Source: an uncultured Chloroflexia bacterium (lineage in GTDB: Bacteria; Chloroflexota; Limnocylindria; Limnocylindrales; CSP1-4). Taken from it: a DNA stretch of 64,000 nucleotides. The DNA lies in NCBI GenBank assembly GCA_963775225.1, contig CAVZHW010000007.1:1651-65650 (forward strand), read 5' to 3'. The notes below the pieces were generated by a model. It did no database searches. It was not told the origin of the DNA and worked only from the letters and a program-made list of their open reading frames with translations. Each line of letters begins with the position of its first letter. Position 1 is the stretch's first letter. This document shows positions 39,108 to 50,480 of this stretch, piece by piece. A program made the position numbers and the translations under genes.

Positions 39108-42100
39108 CGGGAACGGCGCACGCGGCCGGCTGGCGGCGCTCCGGCTGGTTGGCTTCAAGTCGTTTGCCGACCGCACCCTGATCGAGTTCGGCCCGGGCAT
39201 CAGCGCGGTCATCGGACCCAACGGCAGCGGCAAGAGCAATCTCGCCGACGCTCTGCGCTGGACGCTCGGGGAGCAAGGCCGACTGCTGCGTACGCGCCGC
39301 GCGGAGGACGTCATCTTCGCCGGCTCGTCCGCGCGGCGCGCGATAGGCATGGCCGACGTGACGCTGGTCATCGACAACTCGGACCGCCTACTGCCAGTCG
39401 ACTACGGGGAGGTCGAGCTGGGCCGGCGCCTGTATCGCTCGGGCGAGAACGAGTACCTGCTCAACCGCCAGCGGGTCCGCCTGCGCGACCTGGTCGAGCT
39501 GCTCGACGCCGGCAACCTGGCCGACAACGCCTTCCTGTTCATCGGCCAGGGAATGGTCGATCAGGCACTTGCGCTGCGGCCGGAGGAGCGCCGGCCGCTG
39601 TTCGAGGAAGCGGCCGGTGTGCGCCGTCACGAACGACGACGGCGCCAGGCGGAGAATGAGCTGGCCGAGGCTGAGACGAACCTCGAGCGGCTGCGTGACC
39701 TGCTGGCCGAGCTGCGACCGCAGGCGCGCCGGCTGGCCGCCCAGGCAGAGCAACTGGAGGCGCGCCGCTCGGCGGGTTCCGAGCTGGCCGAGGCCGTGCT
39801 CGCCGCCGCGCGGGCGCGCTGGACATCCACGGCCGAGGCGGGGCAACGAGAGTTGCTCGAGTTGGAAAGGGCGCGTGGCACTGCCGACGTTTCGCTGGCC
39901 GAGCTGCGCGAGGCGGAGACCGAAGCGGCGGCGCTGGCCGTGGCGATCGGCCGACTCGCGGAGGTCGAGCGGGCCCGGCGCGAAACGCTTGACGGCGAGC
40001 GGGCACGCATCGCCGAGCTGCGCATCGAGGGGGCGCGCCTCGATTCCGAGACGGCCGCGCTGCGACGCCAGAGGGCGCGCGCCGCAGCCGAGCGCGCCGC
40101 CGCGGAACTGCGCATCGACGAGGCTCGCAAGGTGCTCGCGATGCCGCGTCCGGCCGCTGATCCAGGGCTCGGCGGCGGAGAGCTGGAGCTGGTCGAGCAG
40201 CGGTTGGCCGAAGTGGAGTCCGAGCCGGCGCCCAGTGACGCCGGCGTGCGGGCGCGGCTGGCGGCGGGCGAGGCCGAGGTGCGAACGCGCCGCGCGCGCC
40301 TCGGGGAACTCGGCGCCGCACTCGCCGACGCCCAGGCGCGACTGTCCGATCTCGAGCCGCGCAGCGGGGAAGCCGCCGCGCAGGTCGCGCTGGCACGCAG
40401 CGACGTGGAACAACTGATGGTGCGCACGGCCGAGCTGGGCGACCGCGTGGACGAGGCTCGGGCCGGTGCCGACCGTGCCAACGCGGCGGCGCAACTCGCG
40501 CGCCGGCGAGCTTTGGACGCGGACGCGAACCTGGGCGCCGCGCGCTCCGAACTCGCTGGCCTCGAGGCGGCGGCGCGCGCTGGTCACAACGAGAGCCTCG
40601 CCCGCGCAGCGCGCGCGCGCGGCGCCAAGTTGCTGGGCGAGGGCCTTGAAGTTGAGCCGCGCTTCGCCGCGGCGGTGGGCGCCGCACTCGGCGGCTGGGC
40701 GGCCGGCTTCGTGGTCGATGAGCAGTCCGCGCTGGCCCTGGCCGAGCGCGGCGGCCAGCTGGTCGTCGACGAGGCCGTTCGGCCAGCCGGCGCGGCTGCC
40801 GCGCCGGCGGCTCAGGCGCGCGCGATTGCCGAAGCCGCACTGGCGCACGGCGGCGGTCCGCTGGTCGATGCCGTGCGCCGCGATCCGCGCGGCGTGGTTA
40901 CGCGGCTGCTGCGCGACGCTGTCTGGCTGCCGACACTCGAAGCTGCGCTGGCCGTCCGCGCGGCGTTGCCAGCCGGCTGGCGCGCAATCACGCTTGCCGG
41001 CGAGGTCGTCGGCGACACCGGCTTGGTGTCGCTGGCCGGCGCGGAGACGGTCGTCGAACGGACGCGCCGCCGCGCCGAGCTGGCCATCCAGGTGACCGAG
41101 ATCGAGCGCGGAGCCGAACTGGCGCGCAGCGAAAGCGACAAGAGCGTGTCGGAACTGGAAGGCGCGCGGCGGCAGCTGGGTGAGCTCGAGCGCGAGCTGG
41201 GCGAGCATCGCCGACGCTGGCGCGTGGCCGATGACACCGAGCGATCAGCGCACCGGCGACACGATCAGCTGGAGCGCGAAACGACCTGGCTGGGGTCGCG
41301 CGTCGAGGCACTCTCCGCGGAGCTCGCCGCGGCACAACAACTGCTGGCGGGCGCGGCGGCCGAGTTGCGCGAGTTCGACCGAAGCGACGAGACACCGGCG
41401 CCGGACTCGGGCAGCCGAGCGCTGGCGGAGCGGCGCGCGGCGCTCAGCGAGCGACGGGACGAACTGCGCCGCGCGCAGGCGTCTGCCGATGCGGCCATCG
41501 AACGCTGGCAGGAGGCGCGCCGGCGGGCGGACATCGGCCTCAACCTCGATGAGTCGCGGCTGGCCGAGCTGGCTGCCGAGGAACACGAGCTGGTTGAACT
41601 GGAAACGACGCTCGCGGGCAATATCGAGGCGATCGCGGCGGACATCGCGCAGCACGCCCTTGCCGAGCGGGAGCTCGCGTGCGAGCTGCACGACCTCGTG
41701 GCGGCTGCCGCCGGCGATCGCGCGCGGCTGTCGGAGGCGGAGAAACGTGCCACCGGCGCCCGCGAGCGACTCCGCCTGGCGGAGCAGGCCAGCCGGCGCT
41801 TGGAACTGGAGTCCATCGAACATCGGCTGCAGCTCGAACAACAACGTGAGCAGCTGCTCGTCGAGTTGGCCGGCATCGGGCCGGATGGTCAGCAGGCGCT
41901 ACTGGTCGCAGCGGGTGACGTGGCCCCCGTCGGATCGCCCGCCGGCGATGCCAACGACGGCGACCCGGTCGATGCCGCGCTCGCCCGCCTGACGGCGCGC
42001 TGGCTCGCCGAACCGTCGGCGGAACCGGCGCCGTCGGCCAACAGGCTGGCTACCCTGCGGCGACGTTTCCACGAGTTGGGCGCTGGCAACCCGTTTGCGC

Positions 42101-42709
42101 TCGAGGAGTACACCGAGGTCAGTCAGCGACTCGAGGCCCTCGAGGCGCAGCGGGGTGACCTCGAGACGGCCATTCATTCGACGCGCGAGCTCATCACCTC
42201 GCTCAACCAGCTCATCACCGACCAGTTCCGCCGCACCTTCGCGGCCCTCGAGGATGCCTTCGCGCGCCGCTTCCATGAGTTGTTCGGGGGCGGGGAGGCG
42301 CAGCTCAGCCTGACCGACCCCGACGACCTGTCGGCGACCGGCGTCGAGATTTCACGCCCGGCCGCCGGGCAAGAAGCGGCAGCCGCTGTCGATGCTGTCG
42401 GGCGGTGAGCGTGCGCTGACTGCGGTCAGCCTGCTGTTGGCCATGCTCGAAGTGCGCCCGGTGCCGTTCTGCGTTCTCGACGAGGTCGACGCGGCGCTCG
42501 ACGAAGCCAACGTGGGGCGCTTTTCGAAGGCCCTGCGTGGGCTCGCCGAAAGGACCCAGTTCATCGTCATCACCCACAACCGCGGCACGATCGAGGGCGC
42601 CGATGCGCTCTACGGGGTGACGCTCGGCGAGGACGCCGTCAGCCGCATCGTGTCGCTCCGCCTGCCGGCCGAGGAGAAGGAAGCGGCAACCCTGCCGGCA
42701 CTGGCTTGA
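39100..42709 (+). CDS. smc: chromosome segregation protein SMC, apparent +1 frameshift near 42352-42356
   Basis: GPNGSGKSN Walker A, long coiled coils and a hinge. [22 protein letters not shown] and [11 protein letters not shown] lie in the next frame (ORF 42392..42709). Confidence 0.9.
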
Positions 42710-43590
42710 CCTACCAACAGGGGGTGGCGCGCACCCGGCAGGGAATGGTCGGCCGCCTCCGTGCGCTGCTCGGCGGCGCGGTCGACGAGGATGCCTGGCA
42801 AGGCGTCGAGGAGACGCTCATCGCGGCTGATGTCGGAGCCGCGGTTGCCGCCCGGGTGGTCGCCAACGCCCGCGCCCGGCGCGACGTCGCGGACCCCGCC
42901 GCCGCGGTCGAATCAGAACTGCTCGGCCTCTTCGCGCCGCGCGATCCAAGGCCGTGGCCGCGCGTGCCAGCGCCGGGCGTGCCGGCCGTCGTACTGGTCG
43001 TGGGCGTCAACGGAACAGGCAAGACGACCACCGTGGCCAAGCTCGGCCACCGCTTCGCAACGCGTGGCGCGAAGGTGCTGCTGGCCGCCGCGGACACGTT
43101 CCGGGCGGCGGCTAGCGAGCAACTCGCGGCGTGGGGCCAGCGCGCAAATCTGCCGATCGTGGCGCATCACGCCGGCGCCGACGCATCCGCCGTCGTCTAC
43201 GACGCGCTCGATGCGGCGGCGGCGCGGGGCAGCGATGTGGTGGTGGTGGACACGGCCGGCCGGCTGCACACCAAGAACAACCTGATGGAGGAGCTGGCGA
43301 AGATCCGCCGGACGATCGCCAAGCGGCTGCCCGAGGCCCAGCCGGAGGTGGTCTTCGTGCTCGACGCGACGACCGGCCAGAACGGCCTGGCCCAAGCGCG
43401 CGCCTTTCACCAGATCGCGCCGCTGACGGGCATCATCCTGACCAAGCTCGACACCACCTCGCGCGGCGGCATCGCCTTCGCCATCGAGGACGCGCTCAAG
43501 GTGCCCGTACTGTTCGTCGGCGTGGGCGAGCGACTCGAGGACCTGCTCGACTTCGAGCCCAACGCGTTCGTGAGCGCGCTGTTCGCCTAG
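42706..43590 (+). CDS. ftsY: signal recognition particle receptor FtsY
   Basis: [16 protein letters not shown] and TKLD motifs. Confidence 0.95.
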   Translation: MTYQQGVARTRQGMVGRLRALLGGAVDEDAWQGVEETLIAADVGAAVAARVVANARARRDVADPAAAVESELLGLFAPRDPRPWPRVPAPGVPAVVLVVGVNGTGKTTTVAKLGHRFATRGAKVLLAAADTFRAAASEQLAAWGQRANLPIVAHHAGADASAVVYDALDAAAARGSDVVVVDTAGRLHTKNNLMEELAKIRRTIAKRLPEAQPEVVFVLDATTGQNGLAQARAFHQIAPLTGIILTKLDTTSRGGIAFAIEDALKVPVLFVGVGERLEDLLDFEPNAFVSALFA

Positions 43591-44879
43591 GCCGCCTCCT
43601 CGACGGTGTGTAGCCGGGCGACCGGCGACAGCCACAGCAGCAGCGCGGCGAGCAGCGCGCCGATCGGCGTCAGGAAAACCGTCGCGCGCAGGCCGATGAC
43701 CAGCGCCAGGGCGCCACCAGCCAGGGTGAAGACCAGCTGTGCCATGTGGATGGCGACGCTGAAGGTAGCGTTCACGCGACCGAGCTCGCGTTCGTCGATG
43801 ACCGTCTGGCGCAGCGACACCTCGGTGATGTCGAAGATCGTGATGGTGCTGTCGCCGAGCAACTGCTGGGTGATCAGGAAGCCCGCTGCGACCAGCGGAG
43901 CGCCCGACGGTGCGAGCGGGATGAACACGTTCCCGAGCGCGGCGAGCAACAGCGACGCGACCATCACCCGGCCGACCCCGTAACGGCTCGTCAGGCGGCC
44001 CGAGAGTAATGCCCCCACCAGCGAACCGATCCCGCCCATCGCGGCGATGATGCCGATCGCCGCCGGGCCCAGGCCCAGATCGTCGAGCGCAAACAGGTAC
44101 CAGGTGGCGCCGAATACGCCCCACAGGCCGGCCATGGCCATGCTCGCGATCGTATTGGCGCGTACGATCGGGTGGCCGGTAACCAGGCGCAGGCCGGTCG
44201 CGATCTCGCGCAGCACCGGGCGGCGTTTGTGCTTGGCCGGCGGCGGCGGCTCATGGGCGTGGATCGAGCCGAGCAGCACCGCCGAGACCAGGAACGTGAC
44301 GGCGTCGATGGCGATCGTCATCGGACCCGTGATCAGCTGCACCAGGAACCCGGCCGAGCCGAATGACAGGAACTCCGAGACGGAACTCGATGCTGACAGC
44401 GCGCCATTTGCGCGCAAGAGGTCGCGGCGCGGCACGATGGTCGGCAGGTAGGCACGGTCGGCCGCATCGAAGAACGTGGTCAGGACCGCCGCCAGCAGCG
44501 CGACGATGAGCAGTTGCGGCAGCGACAGCCAGCCGCCGATTGCCGCCAGCGGGATGGTCGCCAGCAGCACGGCCCGCCCGAGATCGGCGGCGATCATGAC
44601 CGGCCGCCGGCGGAGCCGGTCGACCCAGGCACCGGCAACCAGGCCGATGGCCAGGATGGCAATCAGGTCCATGCTGCGCACCAGCGCGACATCGAAGGCG
44701 TTGGCGGACAGCACCAGGATGGCGACGAAGGGCAGCGCCATGCGCGTCAGCAGGCTGCCGAAGATCGAGATGGTGGCGGCGGTCCAGACGCGCGCGAACG
44801 CGCGGTTGCGCCATAGTGCACGGGTGGGCGCGGCCTCGGCGGGCGGCAGGTGCGGATCGGTCAGCGGCTCGGCAACCAC
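43587..44879 (-). CDS. MFS transporter
   Basis: 430-aa protein with a roughly 12-TM profile and an N-terminus typical of enterobactin-exporter-like MFS (WRNRAFARVWTAATISIFGS). Confidence 0.75.
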   Translation of the reverse strand: MVAEPLTDPHLPPAEAAPTRALWRNRAFARVWTAATISIFGSLLTRMALPFVAILVLSANAFDVALVRSMDLIAILAIGLVAGAWVDRLRRRPVMIAADLGRAVLLATIPLAAIGGWLSLPQLLIVALLAAVLTTFFDAADRAYLPTIVPRRDLLRANGALSASSSVSEFLSFGSAGFLVQLITGPMTIAIDAVTFLVSAVLLGSIHAHEPPPPAKHKRRPVLREIATGLRLVTGHPIVRANTIASMAMAGLWGVFGATWYLFALDDLGLGPAAIGIIAAMGGIGSLVGALLSGRLTSRYGVGRVMVASLLLAALGNVFIPLAPSGAPLVAAGFLITQQLLGDSTITIFDITEVSLRQTVIDERELGRVNATFSVAIHMAQLVFTLAGGALALVIGLRATVFLTPIGALLAALLLWLSPVARLHTVEEAA

Positions 44880-44939
44880 GGGCCGAGGGTAGGGGAGTGG
44901 CCGCCCGGTCGTCGGGGCAGCGTCGCGCGCCGGAAGGTC

Positions 44940-44945
44940 TAAACT
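44940..44945 (+). promoter_or_regulatory. -10-like TAAACT 9 nt upstream of ATG 44955 (short or no leader for ffh)
   Basis: Hexamer geometry with no SD. Confidence 0.3.
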
Positions 44946-44954
44946 CGGCCACCC

Positions 44955-46283
44955 ATGTTCGACGACCTGTCCGAGCGACTGCGCCGCGCACTCAACCAGC
45001 TAACTGGCCGCGGCCGCGTCAGCGAGGCCGACGTCGATGCCGCCATGCGCGAGGTGCGCCTGGCACTGCTTGAGGCAGACGTCAACTTCCGCGTGGTCAA
45101 GGACTTCGTGGCGCGGGTGCGCGAACGGGCGGTCGGTGCCGACGTGCTCGAGAGCCTCAACGCCGGTCAGCAGGTGATCAAGATCGTGAGCGAGGAGCTG
45201 ACGGTGATCCTCGGCGCGGGCGATCGGAGCTTCCGGCTGACCGGCACGCCGGCAGTGGTGCTGCTCGTCGGCCTGCAGGGCTCGGGCAAGACGACCACTG
45301 CCGCCAAGCTCGGCCGCCACATCGTGCACTTGGGCCGCCAGCCGCTGTTGGTTGCCGCGGACCCGTACCGTCCCGCAGCGGCCGACCAGTTGCAGACGCT
45401 CGGCCGCCAGGTGGACGTGCCGGTCTTCCGCGCGCCGGCGGGCACCGACGTGCCGGGTATCGCGGCCGGCGCGCTCGCCGCCGCACGCCAGCAGGCGCGC
45501 GACGTGCTCATTTTCGACACCGCCGGGCGCACCTCGATCGACCAGCCGCTGCTCGACGAGATCCGCGTGTTGTCGGCCCAGGTCAAGCCGTCGGAGACGC
45601 TGCTGGTGGTCGATGCGATGGTCGGCCAGGAGTCGGTCGCGGTTGCGCAGGCGTTCGTCGAAGCAGCGCCGCTGAGCGGCCTCGTGCTGACCAAGATCGA
45701 CGGCGACGCGCGCGGCGGCGCGGCACTCTCGATCAGCGCCGTGACGGGTCTGCCGGTCAAGTTCCTGGGCACCGGCGAGCGCACCGACGCGCTGGAGCCG
45801 TTTCACCCGGACCGCCTTGCCGGGCGCATCCTGGGCATGGGTGACGTGCTGACACTGATCGAGCGGGCACAGGAGAACGTCGATCAGAAGCAGGCCGAGG
45901 AACTGGCGCGCAAGCTGCAGCGCAACGCTTTCAACCTCGAGGACTTCCTCGAGCAGATGCAGCAGCTCAAGCGGATGGGGCCGATCGGCGGACTGCTCGA
46001 GCTGATTCCGGGCATGGGCGGTGCGGCCAAGCAGGCACAGGAGGCCGTTGACCGCGGCGAACTCAAGCGAGTTGAGGCCATCATCCAGTCGATGACGCCG
46101 TTGGAGCGTCGGAACCCGAACGTCCTGACCGCAAACAGAAGGCGCAGAATTGCACGAGGTTCGGGCACCAGTCAGCAGGACGTGAACCGGCTGATCAAGC
46201 AGTTCGGCGAGATGCAACGACTGATGAAGCAGTTCGGCGGTGAGGGGCGGCGGGGACTCCTGCCCTTCGGCCCGCGGCGTTAG
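44955..46283 (+). CDS. ffh: signal recognition particle protein Ffh
   Basis: GLQGSGKTTT, DTAGR, TKIDGDARGG and a Met-rich M domain. Confidence 0.95.
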   Translation: MFDDLSERLRRALNQLTGRGRVSEADVDAAMREVRLALLEADVNFRVVKDFVARVRERAVGADVLESLNAGQQVIKIVSEELTVILGAGDRSFRLTGTPAVVLLVGLQGSGKTTTAAKLGRHIVHLGRQPLLVAADPYRPAAADQLQTLGRQVDVPVFRAPAGTDVPGIAAGALAAARQQARDVLIFDTAGRTSIDQPLLDEIRVLSAQVKPSETLLVVDAMVGQESVAVAQAFVEAAPLSGLVLTKIDGDARGGAALSISAVTGLPVKFLGTGERTDALEPFHPDRLAGRILGMGDVLTLIERAQENVDQKQAEELARKLQRNAFNLEDFLEQMQQLKRMGPIGGLLELIPGMGGAAKQAQEAVDRGELKRVEAIIQSMTPLERRNPNVLTANRRRRIARGSGTSQQDVNRLIKQFGEMQRLMKQFGGEGRRGLLPFGPRR

Positions 46284-46323
46284 GGCCATTGGGAAGGCAC
46301 CTCGCGAGGGGGAAGATGCGACC

Positions 46324-48204
46324 ATGAGCGATCCGATGAGCGATCCGAACAGCGAACCGATTGGCCAACAAGATCACGCGGACGCCGCCGCGGCCGCGCG
46401 GCCGCCGGCCTTTCCGTCGGTGGATCGAGATCACGCCGGCTCGATATGGCGGCCGGCCAACGACGAGCTGTTGACCCCGCCGTCAACGGTTATCCAACGT
46501 GTGGCCAGCGGTCCGCGCACGCCAGTGTGGCGCTGGCTGGTTGCGCTCGTTGCGACCATCGCCGTTGTCGGCGTGGTTGCCGGAGTTGGTTATCTCGCGA
46601 TTCGGCGGGCCGGCTCGCCGTCGGCCGTTTCCCACTACGCGCCCGCGGGCACGGCCGCCTACGTAGAGATGAACCTCAACCTGCCCGGTGATCAACGCGA
46701 CCAGCTGGTCTCCTTCCTGGGCCATTTCCCCGGCTTCGCTGATCCGTCCAGCTTCCAGCAGAAGCTCGACGACTCGCTCAACCAGCTGCTCGTATCGAGC
46801 GGCTCGGGGCTCAGCTGGGACCAGGACGTCGCGCCGTGGTTCGGCGGCATGGTCGCGCTCTTTGGCGACCCGGCGGCGGAGGCAGGCGGGCCCTCCTCGA
46901 TGACGGCCGTCTTGAGCGTGACGGACTCGGTGGCAGCCGACACCACCATCCGCCTGCGGCTTGGCCCCGCATCGGTGGGCCAACCGTACGGACCCGGGCA
47001 GATGATCTGGAGTCTGCCGCAGTCTGCCGATCAGACGGTCTATCTGGCCGTGACCGACGATGCCCTCATCGTCAGCGATCAGCTAGCACAGGTCGAGGCG
47101 GCACTGGACGTCAAGGCCGGCAAGCAGGCCAGTCTGGCCGACGACGACTTCTTCCTGCGCCAGCTGGCCTCGCTGCACGCCGACCGGTTGGCGACCTTCT
47201 ACTTCGACTACGGCGCGATGGCGCCAGCGATGTCAAATTCGCTCGACAACCTGGGCGGGCTTGTGCCCGATGCATCGTCGCTCGGCCTGCTCGGCCAGCT
47301 CAACACCGGCAAGGTCGTAGGCGAGGCGCGTGCCGAGGGGGATCACCTGGCCATCAACATGCGCGCTTCACACGCGAGTGGCGACAACGCGCAGGCGCTG
47401 CCGTCCAACCGCCACACGGCGCTGGCCGAGCGGATGCCGGCCGACTCACTGGTCTATTTCGAGACACGCGACTTCGGCCAGGCAGTCAAGCACCTGTTCG
47501 ACACTCTCGGGTCCGTCTCGCCGTCGGCGAGTGGAGCACCCGACCTCGGCCTGCAGTCGATCACCGAGCTGCTGGGCACCGAGCCGAAGAACTTCCTCGA
47601 CTTCGTCCAGGACGTCGGGGTGTCCGTCGACTATGCGAATGACAAGCTCGGCGTCGGCCTGGTGGCCACGGTCGACGACGAGAACGTCGCGCGCACACGC
47701 GTCGAGCGCCTGCTCTCTGCCGTGCGCTCGTTGGCCGCCTTCGGCAGCAATGGCGGGGTGAGCGTCGAGGACGTGGCTCATGGCGATGTGACGATCACCA
47801 TGATTCATGTGACCAGCTCCGCACTGCCGGGTCTGTCCGGATCGGTAGGCCTGCCCGATGTCGGCGTGCCCGATCTGAACATCGGCGTGGCTGTTGCCAA
47901 TGGCCAGCTGCTGATCGGCCTGGATGACTTCGTCGCCAACGCGCTCGATCGCACGGCCGCCGACTCGCTCGCCGAAAGCGCCACGTTCAAGTCCGCGGCA
48001 TCGGTCGCCGACGACAACGCCGGCGTCGCCTTCATCGACATCGCCGGTCTCCGGAGCGTGATCGAGCAGGCCATGCCGGCTGCCGGGCGGGCGGACTACG
48101 AGCAGAACGTAAAGCCCTTCCTCGCCCCGCTCGATCACCTGCTGGCCTACTACGTGACCGACGGCGACATCAGCGAGACCCACTTATTTCTCTACGTCCG
48201 TTAA
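46324..48204 (+). CDS. hypothetical membrane-anchored extracytoplasmic protein (possibly DUF3352-like)
   Basis: Single TM WRWLVALVATIAVVGVVAGVGYLAI after a 60-aa acidic N-tail, then a 540-aa non-repetitive domain with no catalytic motif recognised. Confidence 0.5.
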   Translation: MSDPMSDPNSEPIGQQDHADAAAAARPPAFPSVDRDHAGSIWRPANDELLTPPSTVIQRVASGPRTPVWRWLVALVATIAVVGVVAGVGYLAIRRAGSPSAVSHYAPAGTAAYVEMNLNLPGDQRDQLVSFLGHFPGFADPSSFQQKLDDSLNQLLVSSGSGLSWDQDVAPWFGGMVALFGDPAAEAGGPSSMTAVLSVTDSVAADTTIRLRLGPASVGQPYGPGQMIWSLPQSADQTVYLAVTDDALIVSDQLAQVEAALDVKAGKQASLADDDFFLRQLASLHADRLATFYFDYGAMAPAMSNSLDNLGGLVPDASSLGLLGQLNTGKVVGEARAEGDHLAINMRASHASGDNAQALPSNRHTALAERMPADSLVYFETRDFGQAVKHLFDTLGSVSPSASGAPDLGLQSITELLGTEPKNFLDFVQDVGVSVDYANDKLGVGLVATVDDENVARTRVERLLSAVRSLAAFGSNGGVSVEDVAHGDVTITMIHVTSSALPGLSGSVGLPDVGVPDLNIGVAVANGQLLIGLDDFVANALDRTAADSLAESATFKSAASVADDNAGVAFIDIAGLRSVIEQAMPAAGRADYEQNVKPFLAPLDHLLAYYVTDGDISETHLFLYVR

Positions 48205-48243
48205 CCTGTCGCCAACGTTCTCAGGGAGGTTTTCCGAAAGACA

Positions 48244-48504
48244 GTGGCAGTCCGCATTCGTTTGAGCCGTGTCGGGGCGAAAAAGCAGCCGAGCTATCGC
48301 TTCGTCGTATCCGATAGCCGCAATGCCCGCGATGGTCGTTCGCTCGAAACGCTCGGTCATTACAACCCACGGACCGATCCGATCGAGGTCAACGTCGATG
48401 AGCAGCGGGCGCGCGATTGGCTGAGCAAGGGCGCCCAGCCATCGGACACCGTGGCCCGGTTGTTCCGCCAGGTGGGCCTGCTGCCCGCCGAGCCGAAGAA
48501 GTAG
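48244..48504 (+). CDS. rpsP: 30S ribosomal protein S16
   Basis: MAVRIRLSRVGAKKQPSYRFVV. Confidence 0.95.
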   Translation: MAVRIRLSRVGAKKQPSYRFVVSDSRNARDGRSLETLGHYNPRTDPIEVNVDEQRARDWLSKGAQPSDTVARLFRQVGLLPAEPKK

Positions 48505-48511
48505 GCGCAAT

Positions 48512-48745
48512 ATGTCGGCCGAATCGCTCGTTGAGTACGTCGCCAAGTCGCTCGTCGACGAGCCCGACGCAGTATCTGTCAACGTCGTCGACGATGAGGG
48601 CGGCCGGGTGATCGAGCTGCACGTCGCCGAGGCGGACATGGGCAAGGTCATCGGGCGCAACGGCAGCGTCGCGAAGGCCATGCGCACGTTGCTCAAGGTC
48701 ATCGCGACGCGCGAGGGGGAGTCGGTCTCGCTCGAGATCGTCTAA
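48512..48745 (+). CDS. KH-domain RNA-binding protein (YlqC family)
   Basis: GKVIGRNGSVAKAMRTLL GxxG motif. Lies between rpsP and rimM. Confidence 0.85.
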   Translation: MSAESLVEYVAKSLVDEPDAVSVNVVDDEGGRVIELHVAEADMGKVIGRNGSVAKAMRTLLKVIATREGESVSLEIV

Positions 48746-48746
48746 C

Positions 48747-49301
48747 GTGTCGGACGACCTGCGCCGGCCGTCTCGCGACGAGCGCCTGGCGGTGGGTCTG
48801 GTACGTGGCCTGCACGGGCTGCGCGGCGTGCTGCGTGTCGAGGTGCTCACCGATAACGAGGAACGCTTCACGCCCGGTAGCGTGCTCTTCCCCGAGGGCA
48901 GCAACCATCGCCTGACGGTGGCCAGCGCACGCCGCGACGGCCCGGGGCTGCTGGTCAGGTTCCGCGAGATCCGTGGCCGCGAAGGCGCGGAAGGGCTGCG
49001 CGATACATACCTCGAAGCGGCCGCCTCAGAGCTGCCCGGCGAGACCTACTACTGGCACGAGATCGTCGGCTGTGAGGTACGTGATGGCCGCGGGCGGGTG
49101 CTCGGCTCGGTCGAGGAGGTCTTCCGGGTGGGCGGTTCGGAGGTCTACGTAGTGCGTGGCGACCGCGGCGAGCTGCTGGTGCCGGCGGTGTCGTCGGTGG
49201 TGCGTGAGCTATCGCCGGACGACAAGCGCATCGTCGTCGACGAGCAGGTGCTGGGACTCGGCGCAGATGCGGAGGACGCGCCCGCGGACGAGCAGCGATG
49301 A
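48747..49301 (+). CDS. rimM: 16S rRNA processing protein RimM
   Basis: [26 protein letters not shown] plus a PRC barrel. Confidence 0.9.
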   Translation: MSDDLRRPSRDERLAVGLVRGLHGLRGVLRVEVLTDNEERFTPGSVLFPEGSNHRLTVASARRDGPGLLVRFREIRGREGAEGLRDTYLEAAASELPGETYYWHEIVGCEVRDGRGRVLGSVEEVFRVGGSEVYVVRGDRGELLVPAVSSVVRELSPDDKRIVVDEQVLGLGADAEDAPADEQR

Positions 49302-49984
49302 CCCTGCGCATCGACGTCGTGACCATATTTCCAGAGGTCTTTCCGGGGCCACTCGCCGCAAGCATTCCCGGGCGCGCCCTCGAGCGCGGGCTGGCCGCGC
49401 TGGCTGCGCACGACCTGCGCCAATGGGGGCTCGGGCGCCACCGCAGCGTCGACGATTATCCGTACGGCGGTGGCGCGGGCATGATCCTCCGTGTCGAGCC
49501 GATAGCCGGAGCGCTGGCGGCGCTGGCCGGCCCGCGTACGACCAGTGTCCTGCTCGACCCGGGTGGCCAGCCCTTCAGCCAGGCCGTGGCTCACGACCTC
49601 GCCGCGCGCGAGCACCTGCTGCTCATCTGTCCGCGCTACGAAGGCGTCGACGCCCGAGTGCGCGGCATGGTCGATCTCGAGCTATCGATCGGCGACTACG
49701 TCGTGTCGGGCGGTGAGCTGCCGGCAATGGTCGTCATCGACGCCGTGCTCCGCCTGCTCCCCGGAGCCATCGACGCGCAGTCGACGCTCGATGAGTCGTT
49801 CGCCGATGGCCTGCTCGAGTATCCGCAGTACACGCGCCCGCCCGAGTTCGAGGGCCGGGCGGTGCCGGACATCCTGCTCAGCGGCGATCACGGCGCGGTC
49901 GAGCGCTGGCGACGTGAGCAGGCCATCGAACGCACGCGCGCCCGCCGCCCGGACCTGCTCGAAAGTCGCCCCAAACTGCCCTAG
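49298..49984 (+). CDS. trmD: tRNA (guanine37-N1)-methyltransferase
   Basis: [20 protein letters not shown] and [21 protein letters not shown] motifs. Confidence 0.95.
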   Translation: MTLRIDVVTIFPEVFPGPLAASIPGRALERGLAALAAHDLRQWGLGRHRSVDDYPYGGGAGMILRVEPIAGALAALAGPRTTSVLLDPGGQPFSQAVAHDLAAREHLLLICPRYEGVDARVRGMVDLELSIGDYVVSGGELPAMVVIDAVLRLLPGAIDAQSTLDESFADGLLEYPQYTRPPEFEGRAVPDILLSGDHGAVERWRREQAIERTRARRPDLLESRPKLP

Positions 49985-50077
49985 TCGGGCACGGCTGACG
50001 ATCGATGTATACTCGGCCGCCCGACCTTCTGAATTTCGGCCGCCGGTCAGGCGCGCCCCAGTCACTGTGAGTCAAAC

Positions 50078-50419
50078 GTGAGCGTCATCGACGAGATCAG
50101 CGCGGAACAGCTGCGCACCGACCTGCCCGAGCTTGCCTCCGGTGACACCGTGCGCGTGTCCGCGCGCGTCCGCGAGGGCAACCGCGAGCGGACGCAGTTG
50201 TTCGAGGGCACCATCATGCGCCTGCGTGGCGGCGGCATCAGCCGCTCCATCACCGTGCGCAGCATCCGCAGTGGCGTGGGCGTGGAGCGAACGTTCAAGA
50301 TCCACTCACCGCGCATCGAGAAGATCGAGGTCGTCCGCCACGGCGTGGCCCGGCGTGCCCAGCTCTACTTCCTGCGTGGCCGCGTGGGCAAAGCCGCCTC
50401 GCTGCGCGAGCGCCGCTGA
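50078..50419 (+). CDS. rplS: 50S ribosomal protein L19
   Basis: [26 protein letters not shown] and [10 protein letters not shown] motifs. Confidence 0.95.
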   Translation: MSVIDEISAEQLRTDLPELASGDTVRVSARVREGNRERTQLFEGTIMRLRGGGISRSITVRSIRSGVGVERTFKIHSPRIEKIEVVRHGVARRAQLYFLRGRVGKAASLRERR

Positions 50420-50433
50420 CAAACCCGACGGCG

Positions 50434-50450
50434 TGGCGGGCCGCCCGCCA
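50434..50450 (+). terminator. GC hairpin 15 nt after the rplS stop
   Basis: tggcggg-ccg-cccgcca forms a 7-bp stem. There is no U-tract. Confidence 0.3.
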
Positions 50451-50480
50451 TCGCACCGCGAGCGGCTAACCTGTTCGCCG

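Noticed and set aside
43587-43590. Convergent ftsY and MFS genes share a CTAG in which both stop codons overlap.
   Set aside because: It is a real feature of the sequence but a common consequence of compact convergent genes. No functional implication can be drawn.
46324-46359. The 12-nt tandem duplication atgagcgatccg x2 (MSDP-MSDP-NSEP) as a possible phase-variable start region.
   Set aside because: There are only two exact copies, in frame, within an acidic disordered tail. There is no homopolymer or longer microsatellite. It is likely a trivial duplication.
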